From an uncultured delta proteobacterium (GTDB taxonomy: Bacteria; Myxococcota_A; Polyangia; Polyangiales; Houyiibacteriaceae), in contig CAVOVB010000001.1 of assembly GCA_963699755.1 (NCBI GenBank), forward strand, positions 736,001 through 800,000: a stretch of 64,000 nt of DNA, read 5' to 3'. Below are positions 45,558-55,044 of this stretch, piece by piece. The translations under genes and the position numbers were made by a program. The notes beneath the pieces are model-generated. The model was not told the origin of the DNA, ran no database searches, and worked only from the letters and a program-made list of their open reading frames with translations. How positions within the stretch are numbered: position 1 is the first letter of the stretch; each line of letters starts with the position of its first letter.

Positions 45558-46742
45558 GTGACTTCGATGAACCTGCTGGCGATCCCCATCGCTATCGCTG
45601 CTGCGATTCTGTTGATCCCCGCGCTGATCTTCTTCGTGGAATGCTTCGCGAGCCTCTTTTTGCCGGGCGGGAAGCCACGCCGGAGGCCCGAAGGCGTCTC
45701 GGCCGTGGTCATGATCCCGGCGCATGACGAGAAGGAAGGCGTCGGCCCCACGATCATCGGAGTCCAGTCACAGCTCGTGCTGGGCGACCGGGTCCTGGTC
45801 ATCGCCGACAATTGCACCGATGACACCGCCGACCGCGCTCGCGCCGCCGGCGCAGAGGTGATCGAACGCACCGATGCTGCTCGGCGCGGAAAGGGATACG
45901 CACTCGCCTTTGGCGTCGAGCACCTGGATGTCGATCCACCGGACGTGGTCATCGTGGTCGACGCCGACTGCCGGCTCACACCGGGTTCCATCGATGCGCT
46001 CCTCGAGCGAGCCACGCAGACCCAAAGGCCTGTCCAGGCCGACTACGTCTTCCAGCCCTCGGAGCGTTCCCCGCTCTCGATGATCTCGGCGCTTGCTACG
46101 ATGGTCCGCAATCGCGTCCGACCTCGCGGGCTCAGGCGCTTAGGCCAGCCCTGTCATCTGACCGGCACCGGTATGGCCTTTCCCTGGAAGGTCATGCGCG
46201 CGGCCCCCGAGCTTGGCGACAACATCGTCGAAGATCTCGCGATGGGTATCGAGCTCGCCATCCTGGGACATGAACCGCTGCTCTGCATCGAAGCGGGGAC
46301 CCGAAGTGAGTTGCCGACCGGACGCAACGCCGCGATTCAGCAAAGGCGGCGCTGGGAGCACGGGCACATCGCCACGCTGCTCGAGCACGGTCCGCGCCTC
46401 ATCCGCGAAGGGATCGTCCAGCGGAGGCCGGGCCTGATCGCGATGGGCGCCGACATCATCGTTCCTCCGCTGGCGTTGCTGGTCGGCCTCCTGCTCCTCA
46501 TTCTGGGGCTGTCCGGATTGCTGGTGCTCTTCGGTGCTCCGAGCTATCCGGTCTGGATCGCAGCAATCGCGTTCGTCCTAGTGGCCCTCGGCGTCGCGAT
46601 GGGCTGGGCTCGCTACGGTCGAAAGGCCGTCCCGTTCCGCTTTTTGCTACTCGTTCCCCTCTACGTGCTCTGGAAGATCCCTCTGTATGGATCGTTCTTG
46701 CTCGGGCGCCGCGAACGGAAGTGGCGACGTACCGAGCGCTGA
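45558..46742 (+). CDS. Processive-type GT2 (cellulose synthase-like) membrane glycosyltransferase
   Basis: IPAHDE, ADNCTD, GKGYAL, DAD, VEDL and QRRRW with flanking TMs. Alternative start ATG 45567. Confidence 0.88.
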   Translation: MTSMNLLAIPIAIAAAILLIPALIFFVECFASLFLPGGKPRRRPEGVSAVVMIPAHDEKEGVGPTIIGVQSQLVLGDRVLVIADNCTDDTADRARAAGAEVIERTDAARRGKGYALAFGVEHLDVDPPDVVIVVDADCRLTPGSIDALLERATQTQRPVQADYVFQPSERSPLSMISALATMVRNRVRPRGLRRLGQPCHLTGTGMAFPWKVMRAAPELGDNIVEDLAMGIELAILGHEPLLCIEAGTRSELPTGRNAAIQQRRRWEHGHIATLLEHGPRLIREGIVQRRPGLIAMGADIIVPPLALLVGLLLLILGLSGLLVLFGAPSYPVWIAAIAFVLVALGVAMGWARYGRKAVPFRFLLLVPLYVLWKIPLYGSFLLGRRERKWRRTER

Positions 46743-46881
46743 GCTGAATTGGACCTCTGGCGCCTTCCCGCTTGGATTTGGTAGGGCCGATTCTGCGGGC
46801 TAGACTGAAATCGTCCGGAGGCCGCGGCCTCGACGAAGTCATGCTGTGTGAACGAGATACCGCTGCCACAGAGGATCGGGA

Positions 46882-48000
46882 TTGCTGAACGTGGGAGCCC
46901 CCATCGTAGGACGCATCTTGCGCGATGCGGTCGGGTCACATGCGCCGCGCCAAAGCCGCGAAGCGCATTTGCGATCAGCCGTCGATTGGCTCAAGCGGGC
47001 GGCCGCCGCAACACCCGACAACGGAGTGAGCTACGGCTACTCGATACGGGGTGGCTGGCGACCTTCCTACCGGGAGACTTCGGGCTACATCGCGGTCACC
47101 CTGTACGACCTCGCGCAACGGCTTGGAGATTCTGAATCCGCTCGCCTCGCCCGGTCGGTGTCCGACTGGCTTTGCGAAGTGCAAGAACCAGATGGCTCAA
47201 TCGCCAACCCCGAGTACCGTGTCGGCGAAGGGATCGTGTTCGACACCGGACAAGTTCTCCTCGGCTACGTTCGCGCCTACCGGGAAACCGGCGATGCTCG
47301 TTTCCGAGACGCGGGCGCTCGTGCCTGCACCTGGCTGGCCGACCGAGTCGATGACGACGGGGCCTGGCGGAGAAATACCCACCTTGGAAACCCACACACC
47401 TACAACACACGCGTCGCCTGGGCGATGCTCGAATTCAACGATGTTGCGGCCGACCCGGCGATCGAAGCAGCTGCGCGGAAGAACCTCGACTGGGCGCTCA
47501 CTCAAGAGAAGAACGGCTACTTCGAGAACTGTGCCTTCGAGCCGAATGTCGCGCCATTCACGCACACGATCGCTTACGCGATCCGAGGCTTCCACGAGGC
47601 CGGGCGACTTCTAGCCGATGCGCGCTACGAACAGACGGCAGTCCGAGCGGCCGACGCTGTTTTGGAGCACGTGCGGCATGACGGCTGGATCCCGGGACAA
47701 ATCGACGAACAGGGACGGGCGAGCGCGCGCTACTGCTGTCTCACCGGCAACTGCCAGCTCGCGATCATTTGGCTCAAGCTCTACCAATCGACAGGCGGGG
47801 CCCGCTACCTCGATGCGGCGAAGCGCAGTCTCGGCTACGTGATGGAGCAGCAGGATATCAGCACCTCTACTCTCGCGCTCCGGGGTGCCATCAAGGGCTC
47901 CCAACCGATCTGGGGACGATACGCGCCGTTCTCGTATCCGAACTGGGCAACCAAGTTCTTCATCGATGCGATGCTCCTCTGGGATGAGGTCGCATCATGA
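46882..48000 (+). CDS. Conserved hypothetical alpha/alpha-toroid protein of polysaccharide loci
   Basis: Helical repeats (WL...Q..DGS, DDGAW, NGYF), ETSGYI, DTGQV and HTIAY. Its stop overlaps the next ATG. TTG start is uncertain. Confidence 0.65.
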   Translation: MLNVGAPIVGRILRDAVGSHAPRQSREAHLRSAVDWLKRAAAATPDNGVSYGYSIRGGWRPSYRETSGYIAVTLYDLAQRLGDSESARLARSVSDWLCEVQEPDGSIANPEYRVGEGIVFDTGQVLLGYVRAYRETGDARFRDAGARACTWLADRVDDDGAWRRNTHLGNPHTYNTRVAWAMLEFNDVAADPAIEAAARKNLDWALTQEKNGYFENCAFEPNVAPFTHTIAYAIRGFHEAGRLLADARYEQTAVRAADAVLEHVRHDGWIPGQIDEQGRASARYCCLTGNCQLAIIWLKLYQSTGGARYLDAAKRSLGYVMEQQDISTSTLALRGAIKGSQPIWGRYAPFSYPNWATKFFIDAMLLWDEVAS

Positions 48001-48746
48001 AGACGGTTGAGATTCTGAACGGCGCGTTTGGCTGCGTCACCTTGGAGGACACCGTCGACTGGGCACGTGATTGGATCGCGAGCGGTCAGCGAGGCTATGT
48101 CTGCACCGTCAACGTTGCAATTCTCATGATGATGCGCGCAAACCCCAATCTACAGCGCTTCGTCGATGGCGCCTCACTCGTGGTGGCGGACGGCCAGCCC
48201 TTGATCTGGGCCTCGTATCTTCAGGGCGACGCTCTGCCCGAGCGGGTCACCGGTGTCGACCTCGTCGACGAGCTCTGCGAGCTGGCTTCTGAAGAAGGCT
48301 TCGGCGTGTACTTCCTCGGTGCCCGGGCTGAGGTCATCGAGACGGCAGTCGCCAACCTGAAGGCTCGTCATCCGGGGCTCGAGGTCTGTGGCGTTGCCGA
48401 CGGGTACTTCAGCGCCGCCGAGGCATCCGAACGCGCACGAGCCATCCGCGAGAGCGGCGCCAAGCTCCTGTTCGTCGGTATGGGCGTGCCGCGGCAAGAA
48501 GAGTTCCTCGAAAACCAGTGGGAAGAGCTGGGAGTCTCGCTCGCCATACCGGTGGGCGGCAGCTTCGACGTGCTCGCCGGAAAGGCACGCCGCGCCCCGG
48601 TCCTGCTACAGCGCCTTGGGATGGAGTGGGCGTTTCGCCTCGCTCAAGAGCCTCGCCGCCTTTGGAAGCGATACCTGCTCACCAACACGCAGTTCATTTA
48701 CCACGTACTTAGAAGTGCCACGCGCTCGGAGCCCGACTCCCGATGA
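47997..48746 (+). CDS. WecG/TagA/CpsF family glycosyltransferase (GT26)
   Basis: VVADGQP, ERVTGVDL, VGMGVPRQE, GGSFD and EWAFRLAQEPRRLWKRY. Confidence 0.92.
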   Translation: MKTVEILNGAFGCVTLEDTVDWARDWIASGQRGYVCTVNVAILMMMRANPNLQRFVDGASLVVADGQPLIWASYLQGDALPERVTGVDLVDELCELASEEGFGVYFLGARAEVIETAVANLKARHPGLEVCGVADGYFSAAEASERARAIRESGAKLLFVGMGVPRQEEFLENQWEELGVSLAIPVGGSFDVLAGKARRAPVLLQRLGMEWAFRLAQEPRRLWKRYLLTNTQFIYHVLRSATRSEPDSR

Positions 48747-48765
48747 GGTCGGGGCGGAGACGGAA

Positions 48766-49863
48766 ATGACGTCGAAGAAGAAGCTCCTGATTGTCATGGG
48801 CACGAGGCCAGAGGTCATCAAGTTGGCTCCAGTGGTCATCGGCGCCCGAAATCGACCCGAGGAGTTCGAGACCGTCGTGGTCGCGACCAGCCAGCACCGA
48901 GAGATGCTCGATCAGATGCTCGAGACGTTCCAGATTGAAGTCGACTTCGACTTGGATATCATGAAGCCCAACCAAGACCTGCGTCACGTCACCAGCGCGG
49001 CGTTGAACGGCCTTCACGACGTCATCGGGGCGGTTCAACCCGATTGGGTCATCGTCCAAGGCGACACCACCACGACGTTTACCGGAGCCCTTGCGGCCTT
49101 CTACCATCAGATTCCGGTCGCCCACGTCGAAGCGGGGCTCAGGACCTACGACAAGCAGCACCCCTTCCCCGAAGAAATCAATCGAAGGATGACGGGCCAG
49201 ATCGCCGACGCACACTTTGCGCCGACCACCCTGTCGCGTGACAATCTCATTCGGGAAGGCGTGAGCCCAGATGCCATTTCGGTCACGGGCAATACCGGGA
49301 TCGATGCACTTTTTCTCACACTTGCTTCGACTCCCGGGGGAGCAGTAGCGTCGACCGGTGAGCGGCGTTTGCTCGTCACGGCCCATCGCCGAGAGAACCA
49401 CGGCGAGCCGATGGAGCGAATCTGCCGCGCCGTGCTTCGGCTGGTCGATGATTTCCCAGACCTTCGTGCCTACTATCCCGTGCACCTGAGCCCCAGGGTG
49501 AGGGACGTGGTCCTCCCTTTGCTCGGGGATCACCCTCGGGTCGAGCTCGGTGAACCGCTGGAATACCTTGACTTCGTTCAGGAAATGAACCGGTCCCATA
49601 TCATTTTGACCGACTCCGGCGGGATCCAGGAAGAAGCCCCTTCGCTCGGGAAGCCGGTCCTCGTCATGCGAGAGACCACCGAGAGGCCTGAGGGAATCGA
49701 CGCCGGGACCGTCCGTCTGGTCGGCACCGACGAAGACCGCATCTACGCGGAGAGCGCGCGTCTCCTTGGCGACGATGCGGCCTACGAAGAGATGGCCCAA
49801 GCGCGAAATCCCTACGGGGACGGGAAAGCCACCGAGCGGATTCTCTCGGTTCTCGCTGGCTAA
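48766..49863 (+). CDS. wecB: UDP-N-acetylglucosamine 2-epimerase (non-hydrolysing)
   Basis: GTRPEVIK, QGDTTT, HVEAGLR, HRREN, TDSGGIQEEAPSLGKP and NPYGDG. Confidence 0.95.
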   Translation: MTSKKKLLIVMGTRPEVIKLAPVVIGARNRPEEFETVVVATSQHREMLDQMLETFQIEVDFDLDIMKPNQDLRHVTSAALNGLHDVIGAVQPDWVIVQGDTTTTFTGALAAFYHQIPVAHVEAGLRTYDKQHPFPEEINRRMTGQIADAHFAPTTLSRDNLIREGVSPDAISVTGNTGIDALFLTLASTPGGAVASTGERRLLVTAHRRENHGEPMERICRAVLRLVDDFPDLRAYYPVHLSPRVRDVVLPLLGDHPRVELGEPLEYLDFVQEMNRSHIILTDSGGIQEEAPSLGKPVLVMRETTERPEGIDAGTVRLVGTDEDRIYAESARLLGDDAAYEEMAQARNPYGDGKATERILSVLAG

Positions 49864-49903
49864 GCTGGAGCTTCGAGAGCGAACGGGTTAGGCTTCGCCG
49901 ACC

Positions 49904-50611
49904 TTGGCAAGAACGCGCGTCACTTCACCAGCACTAGACGTCGTCAGCGAAGCCAGAGCGCTTCGCGTGCAAGTGCTCAACGTCTCGCTGCTCATCTCTG
50001 TCGTCGTCGGTGGCGCCGCGTTCGTGCGAACCTTGATCGATGCGATCGACCGGGGCGCATGGATCATCATGAGTGGATCGATCGCCATGTACCTCGGCTT
50101 GATCATTCTTCTCTTCGTCAAGCGTCTATCCTACTCGATTCGGGCTCGTGGTTTTCTCACCCTCCTTTACATCGTGGCGGTCCTCTCCCTGTTGGCGGTC
50201 GGCTACCTCGGAGCCCCCATGCTTATCTTGGCCGGTCAAAGCGTTCTTGCGTCCGTGCTGTTCGGGCGGCGAACTACCTTCTTCATCCTGGGCGTGAATC
50301 TTGCGACCCTGCTGATCGTGGGTGCCCTGCTGTCGAGCGGCGTCACAACGGTGGAGACGACCGCCTTCTACGATCCGGGTGTATTCATGAATTGGCTCCG
50401 CGTCACGGCGATCTTTGCAGTGTTTTGCGGAATCTCCGTCGTGAGCGTCGACGTCATCACCAATCATCTCAACCAGAGCTTGAGGGATCAGGCCGAGCTC
50501 ATCGAGAACCTCAAAGGCGCAATGCAACTGCGCGACGCCGCAGAAGACCAACGGCGCATGGCTGAGCGACGCCTTCGGGAATCGCAGCAGATGTCCAAGG
50601 TCGAAAGCTAG
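49904..50611 (+). CDS. Multi-TM membrane protein resembling a histidine kinase input domain, without transmitter
   Basis: About 6 TMs, then a coiled coil ending RLRESQQMSKVES-stop. TTG start is uncertain. Confidence 0.6.
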   Translation: MARTRVTSPALDVVSEARALRVQVLNVSLLISVVVGGAAFVRTLIDAIDRGAWIIMSGSIAMYLGLIILLFVKRLSYSIRARGFLTLLYIVAVLSLLAVGYLGAPMLILAGQSVLASVLFGRRTTFFILGVNLATLLIVGALLSSGVTTVETTAFYDPGVFMNWLRVTAIFAVFCGISVVSVDVITNHLNQSLRDQAELIENLKGAMQLRDAAEDQRRMAERRLRESQQMSKVES

Positions 50612-50663
50612 GAACGGCTGCCGAGCGGGGCGGGCCGCAGATCGACCGCCGGCACACCTGGCC

Positions 50664-52682
50664 CTATTCGACGACGACCTCGCAGGTCGCACTGCATCCC
50701 GACCCCGGGGCTCCGTTGTTCGGACCGGCGTCACAACCTTCACCGAGCTCGGGCTGCCTGATGCCGTCACCGCAGCTCGGGCCCGACGAACAGTCGGGGT
50801 TGCAGCCGCCAGGCCCACCTAGGTTGTCCCCGTCGTCGCATTCCTCGAAGCCAGCGTCGACGTTGCCATCGCCGCAGTGAGGACCGAGTGCCGTGCAGTC
50901 CGGCATGCATCGTCCATAGGCGCCGGTGTTTTGCGCAGCACCGTCGTCACAAAACTCGAAGCGGGTCACCACGCCATCGCCGCAGCTGTAGTCGCAGGTC
51001 GAGATTTGAGTGACAAAGCCGTCGAGCGTCAGTCTGAAGTTGGACGCGCCGGTGTGGCGTTCTGCGTGGAAGATGGATACTTCGTACACCTCGCCAACCG
51101 TCAGACGCGCCTTACAGGCGGCCACGATGGCATCCTGGGTTGGGCTACCGGCATCGTTGGGGTCTGCGAAGCTCATGACGTCGGTGACCCTCGGGTGCAG
51201 CCCGCCAACGTCCAGGCACAGGAACCCGTCGACGAACACCCAAAGGTCATCGTCGCCGCTAAACGTGAGCACCTCGTCACCCTGATAGACGAAGAAGTAG
51301 TGCACCTCGGTGGTGAAGCCGAAGTTGCTTGGCTCGCTTCCGCCGGAGGGAACATGCAGGGTCTCGCCGTAGGTCGGCTCAGAGGGCCAAGCCAATGCTG
51401 CCAGCACAGGGTCGTCCAGCGGAAAGAATCCTGGAGGGTGGTCCAGGCTATCGTACTCGTACTCGTTGTCACCGGTCTTTGGAAGGATGAGCTCTCCCAC
51501 CACTTGAAGGTTTCCGATCGGATCTAGCGACGAGCTGGTTCGGTACCACTGTGCGAACGATGCAGCGCTGTGTGGTGGGCCCTCATTGGAGCCGTAAACG
51601 TACGGGTTCTCCCCCGAGAGCTGGGGCTTGCCCTCTGCATCGAGCAGGTCCTCGGTGATATCGAATGCGATGCTTCCGTTGGAGTCGTCGGGGTTGTTGA
51701 AATCCCAGCTGAAATTGGTCGGTTCCGGATCGCTCGTGTCGTTGCTTCGGAAATCCCTGTAGATCACCGGGATCACGAGCTCATCGCCCAGGTCTACCGG
51801 AGAGAGCACGCATTCGAAGCCGTCCTCCTCCTGGCAGTTGCTCGAGCATCCATCCCCATCGTTCGTGTTCCCGTCGTCGCAGGCTTCGCTCGTGCCTGGC
51901 AGGATCACCCCGTCGCCGCACATCGCCTGGCAGACCCCCCCACTGCAGCTCGGCTCGTTTCTGCAAGCCGCATCGCAGCCGTCGAACGGTGTAGCGTTGC
52001 CGTCATCGCATTGCTCGGTGCCTTCGCGATTGCCGTCGCCACAGACGATCGGCACGCAGTCAGTATCAGGCGTATCGCACTTGTAGCCGTCCTCGAGCTG
52101 GCACGCATCAGAGCAGCCATCGCCGGCCATCGCATCGCCGTCGTCGCACTGCTCGAACCCGGCGACAATTCCGTCGCCACACTCACTGGCCGCGCATGCC
52201 ACGCCTGGAAGCGAGCAGGACCATCCGTCCTCCCGTTGGCAGCTCGCGCCACATCCATCGCCGGCGGTCGCGTTGCCATCGTCGCATGTCTCCGGCGGGT
52301 CGATGCGCGAATCGCCACAAACGATCGGCACGCAAAGGACGCCCGCCGTGGGGCATCGGTAGCCTTCTTCGACCATCATGCAGTCGGCCGCGCATCCGTC
52401 ACCGCTATTCCGGTTCCCGTCATCGCACGCCTCAATCGGGGCCCGCACCCGGTCACCGCAGTCCAGGAATATCTGGCCGCCGCTGCCGCCATCGCCACCG
52501 ACACCAGCAGCTCCGCCAGCGCCGCCGCCTCCAACACCAGCGTTGCCGCCAGAGCCAGCAGCGCCGCCGCTGCCTCCGCCGCCCCCCGAACCGGCAGGAT
52601 CCGGGTCACCCGAGCAACCCGGCGGAACCGACAAGGCGAGGCAAAGCCCCGCCACCCCCGTCAAAACATGAACACGCCCCAT
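50664..52682 (-). CDS. Myxococcal Cys-rich repeat (DUF4215-like) lipoprotein with fibro-slime domain
   Basis: Signal ending PPGC, a Gly-rich linker, eight CGD(G)..E.CD(D)G repeats, and fibro-slime core NFGFTTE...FSGDDDLWVF...GGLH...FHAERH. Confidence 0.9.
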   Translation of the reverse strand: MGRVHVLTGVAGLCLALSVPPGCSGDPDPAGSGGGGGSGGAAGSGGNAGVGGGGAGGAAGVGGDGGSGGQIFLDCGDRVRAPIEACDDGNRNSGDGCAADCMMVEEGYRCPTAGVLCVPIVCGDSRIDPPETCDDGNATAGDGCGASCQREDGWSCSLPGVACAASECGDGIVAGFEQCDDGDAMAGDGCSDACQLEDGYKCDTPDTDCVPIVCGDGNREGTEQCDDGNATPFDGCDAACRNEPSCSGGVCQAMCGDGVILPGTSEACDDGNTNDGDGCSSNCQEEDGFECVLSPVDLGDELVIPVIYRDFRSNDTSDPEPTNFSWDFNNPDDSNGSIAFDITEDLLDAEGKPQLSGENPYVYGSNEGPPHSAASFAQWYRTSSSLDPIGNLQVVGELILPKTGDNEYEYDSLDHPPGFFPLDDPVLAALAWPSEPTYGETLHVPSGGSEPSNFGFTTEVHYFFVYQGDEVLTFSGDDDLWVFVDGFLCLDVGGLHPRVTDVMSFADPNDAGSPTQDAIVAACKARLTVGEVYEVSIFHAERHTGASNFRLTLDGFVTQISTCDYSCGDGVVTRFEFCDDGAAQNTGAYGRCMPDCTALGPHCGDGNVDAGFEECDDGDNLGGPGGCNPDCSSGPSCGDGIRQPELGEGCDAGPNNGAPGSGCSATCEVVVE

Positions 52683-52725
52683 ACCAGCATCTTAGAGGCA
52701 GACGCGGGCAGCTGCCAAAAGCGGG

Positions 52726-54060
52726 CTATTGCTCCGCGCGACGGACCCTCACGACGATGATGGTGGCCGTCATCATGGCGCCAAAGGAGATGAGGGTTCC
52801 CCAGGCGGCGCCAACCTCGCCCATCTGTGGAACGAGGATGAAATCCGCGGCGAGGTTGAGGAGGGCTGCGGCCAGCGCGATGAGGGAAACGGTTTTGGCC
52901 TGCGTCGCCGCTAGGAGGGCCGATTGCCAGAGCAGGGAGATGCCAAGGCAACCGAGGCCGACCGCAAGGATTGGGATCGAACGAAGGACGCTTGGTGATG
53001 TGCGATACGATTCCTCCAAGAGCGGTGTGTACATGACGATCAAGGGTAGAACGACGACCAAGAGAGCGACCCAAGCTGCGATCTGAAGGCTGCTTCGCCG
53101 CAGGAGCTTCGCAGCGCCGTCTCGGTCGCCCTTTGCATAGGCCGAGTAGTAGAGCGGGTTGAATGAATGAAGGGTCACGAGGTTCACGGTGCTGACTAGT
53201 AGGGCGATGCGGTAGGCCGCCTCGTAGCGCCCCGCCGCAGCGACGCCATTCCAGAGGGCAACGTAGAGACGATCGGCGCTTTGGTACCCGACGTAGGCGA
53301 GCAGGGTGAGCACCATCGGAGCCGAAAATCGAAACGGAGCGCTCAGTGAAGCGAGCGACGGGGGCTGCTTGAACCAGCCTTGGTGACGGAGGATGACAAA
53401 GGCCGCGATCCCTGCGCCAAGCTGCGCGAGGACAAGCCCGCCCCAGCGCGCCTCCCAGCTCCAACCAAGCAGGAAGAAGAGCGAGATCGCGATGAACGGT
53501 CGAGTGCCTTCTACGAACTCCGACCAAAGCGCCGCTCGCGCGGGCTGGCTCTGCGCCTCGTGGATCGTCTGAGCCATGATGCGCGCCGTACTGATCGCCG
53601 CCGCGATGATCACCCCGCAGACGGCCCAGCGGGGCAGCGACTCGCCCCGAAGTGTGAAAATCGAATCCGGAAGGACAGCGACCCCAAGCGTCGTGAGGCC
53701 CCCGACGACGAGCGCCAACGCAAACATGCCTCCGAGGTCGCCCGCGAGATCGGAGCGCGGCTTCTTGTGAAGGTAGACCAGTATGTAGGTCTGGGGCGCC
53801 AGGGTCACCGTGGCGACTGCAACCCCGTACACCACGCCTTCCAGAATTGCGAAGCGACCGTAGTCGGCCTGGTCGAGCAGATGGGTCCAGAGCAAGTGCG
53901 CGAGCTGGACCAGGCCACCCATCGCGCTTGCCATCGTGTAAATGAGTACGTTCCGGCGGAACGTCTGCTTCTGTTCGGCTGCTGCGTCCAGAGGGACAGG
54001 AGGTACTTCAGCCTGGGGGTCGGCGCCAGTGGGAGCTGGCCGAGATCGGCTCAGCGCCAA
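52726..54060 (-). CDS. Wzx-type oligosaccharide flippase
   Basis: About 12 TMs, DYGRFA, ADRLYV.....AAGRYEAAYR and LVPQMGEVGAAW. Start is uncertain. Confidence 0.85.
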   Translation of the reverse strand: MALSRSRPAPTGADPQAEVPPVPLDAAAEQKQTFRRNVLIYTMASAMGGLVQLAHLLWTHLLDQADYGRFAILEGVVYGVAVATVTLAPQTYILVYLHKKPRSDLAGDLGGMFALALVVGGLTTLGVAVLPDSIFTLRGESLPRWAVCGVIIAAAISTARIMAQTIHEAQSQPARAALWSEFVEGTRPFIAISLFFLLGWSWEARWGGLVLAQLGAGIAAFVILRHQGWFKQPPSLASLSAPFRFSAPMVLTLLAYVGYQSADRLYVALWNGVAAAGRYEAAYRIALLVSTVNLVTLHSFNPLYYSAYAKGDRDGAAKLLRRSSLQIAAWVALLVVVLPLIVMYTPLLEESYRTSPSVLRSIPILAVGLGCLGISLLWQSALLAATQAKTVSLIALAAALLNLAADFILVPQMGEVGAAWGTLISFGAMMTATIIVVRVRRAEQ

Positions 54061-54171
54061 GGATTCGCGATCTCCGCCTCACTTTACAGCGTGTTGCCTA
54101 GCGCCGTGCGCGAAACATCGTCAAGAAGAGGCTTGCGTGTCGGTGACATCCCTGGCTCGCTAGAAGTTCCG

Positions 54172-55044
54172 ATGCTCAGGTACGCCGCAGATCGACGCAC
54201 CCTTGTGTACATGGCCGTCACGACGGGGCTCCTCGTCGTTCAATGGAGCAGGGACACGTTCAGTCCCCTCTTGTTCGCTGCGTGCCTATTCATGGCAGTG
54301 TCCGTTTCGGTCATCGCGCATAACCACAATCACGTGACGATCTGGAAGTCGAAGCCTCTGAACACGCTCACGGACTACTGGATCACCTTGTTCTACGGAT
54401 TCCCTGCCTTCGGTTGGATTCCGACGCACAACCAGAACCATCACAAGTTCAACAATCGCGAGGGAGACTACACGCTCACCTATCGCTACACCGAGAGAAC
54501 CAATCTCTTCACGCTGCTCACCTATCCGAGCGTGAGCGCGTTTCATCAGCAGAAGCCGATTCGCGACTACCTCTCGAAGCAGTACCTGGTCAACAAGAGG
54601 CGCTTTTGGTTCTGCATCTCGCAGTACCTTCTACTGGTCGCCTTCCTCGCGGCGGCGTTCTTGATCGACTGGAAGAAGGCGCTGCTCTACGTTCTGATTC
54701 CGCAGCAGGTCTCGCTGTATGTCGTGATGATCTTCAACTACGTCCAGCACGTGCACGCCGACGAGAAGTCGGCCGTGAATCACTCGCGCAATATCGTCGG
54801 CCCGCTGATGAACTGGCTCTTGTTCAACAACGGTCTACACACCGTTCACCACGACAATCCTGGGCTGCACTGGAGCAAGGCCGCGGCAGCCCACGCGAAG
54901 ATTTCCGCCGACATCGACCCGCGACTCAACGAGCAAAGCTTCTGGTGGCTCCTGGCTCGCGTCTACATTCTCGGAATCTTCAATCGAAACGCCCGCGGCA
55001 GCTCGATGCGCCTCGAGCGCATCGCGTCCGCGCAAGAAATCTAG
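54172..55044 (+). CDS. Membrane fatty-acid desaturase superfamily protein
   Basis: Three His boxes HNHNH, HNQNHH and HTVHH, plus NYVQH. Start is ATG 54172. Confidence 0.9.
   Translation: MLRYAADRRTLVYMAVTTGLLVVQWSRDTFSPLLFAACLFMAVSVSVIAHNHNHVTIWKSKPLNTLTDYWITLFYGFPAFGWIPTHNQNHHKFNNREGDYTLTYRYTERTNLFTLLTYPSVSAFHQQKPIRDYLSKQYLVNKRRFWFCISQYLLLVAFLAAAFLIDWKKALLYVLIPQQVSLYVVMIFNYVQHVHADEKSAVNHSRNIVGPLMNWLLFNNGLHTVHHDNPGLHWSKAAAAHAKISADIDPRLNEQSFWWLLARVYILGIFNRNARGSSMRLERIASAQEI

Noticed and set aside
50700..52620. Periodic nucleotide similarity considered as a CRISPR or tandem DNA repeat
   Set aside because: Explained by protein-level Cys repeats and a Gly-rich linker. There are no identical repeats with spacers.
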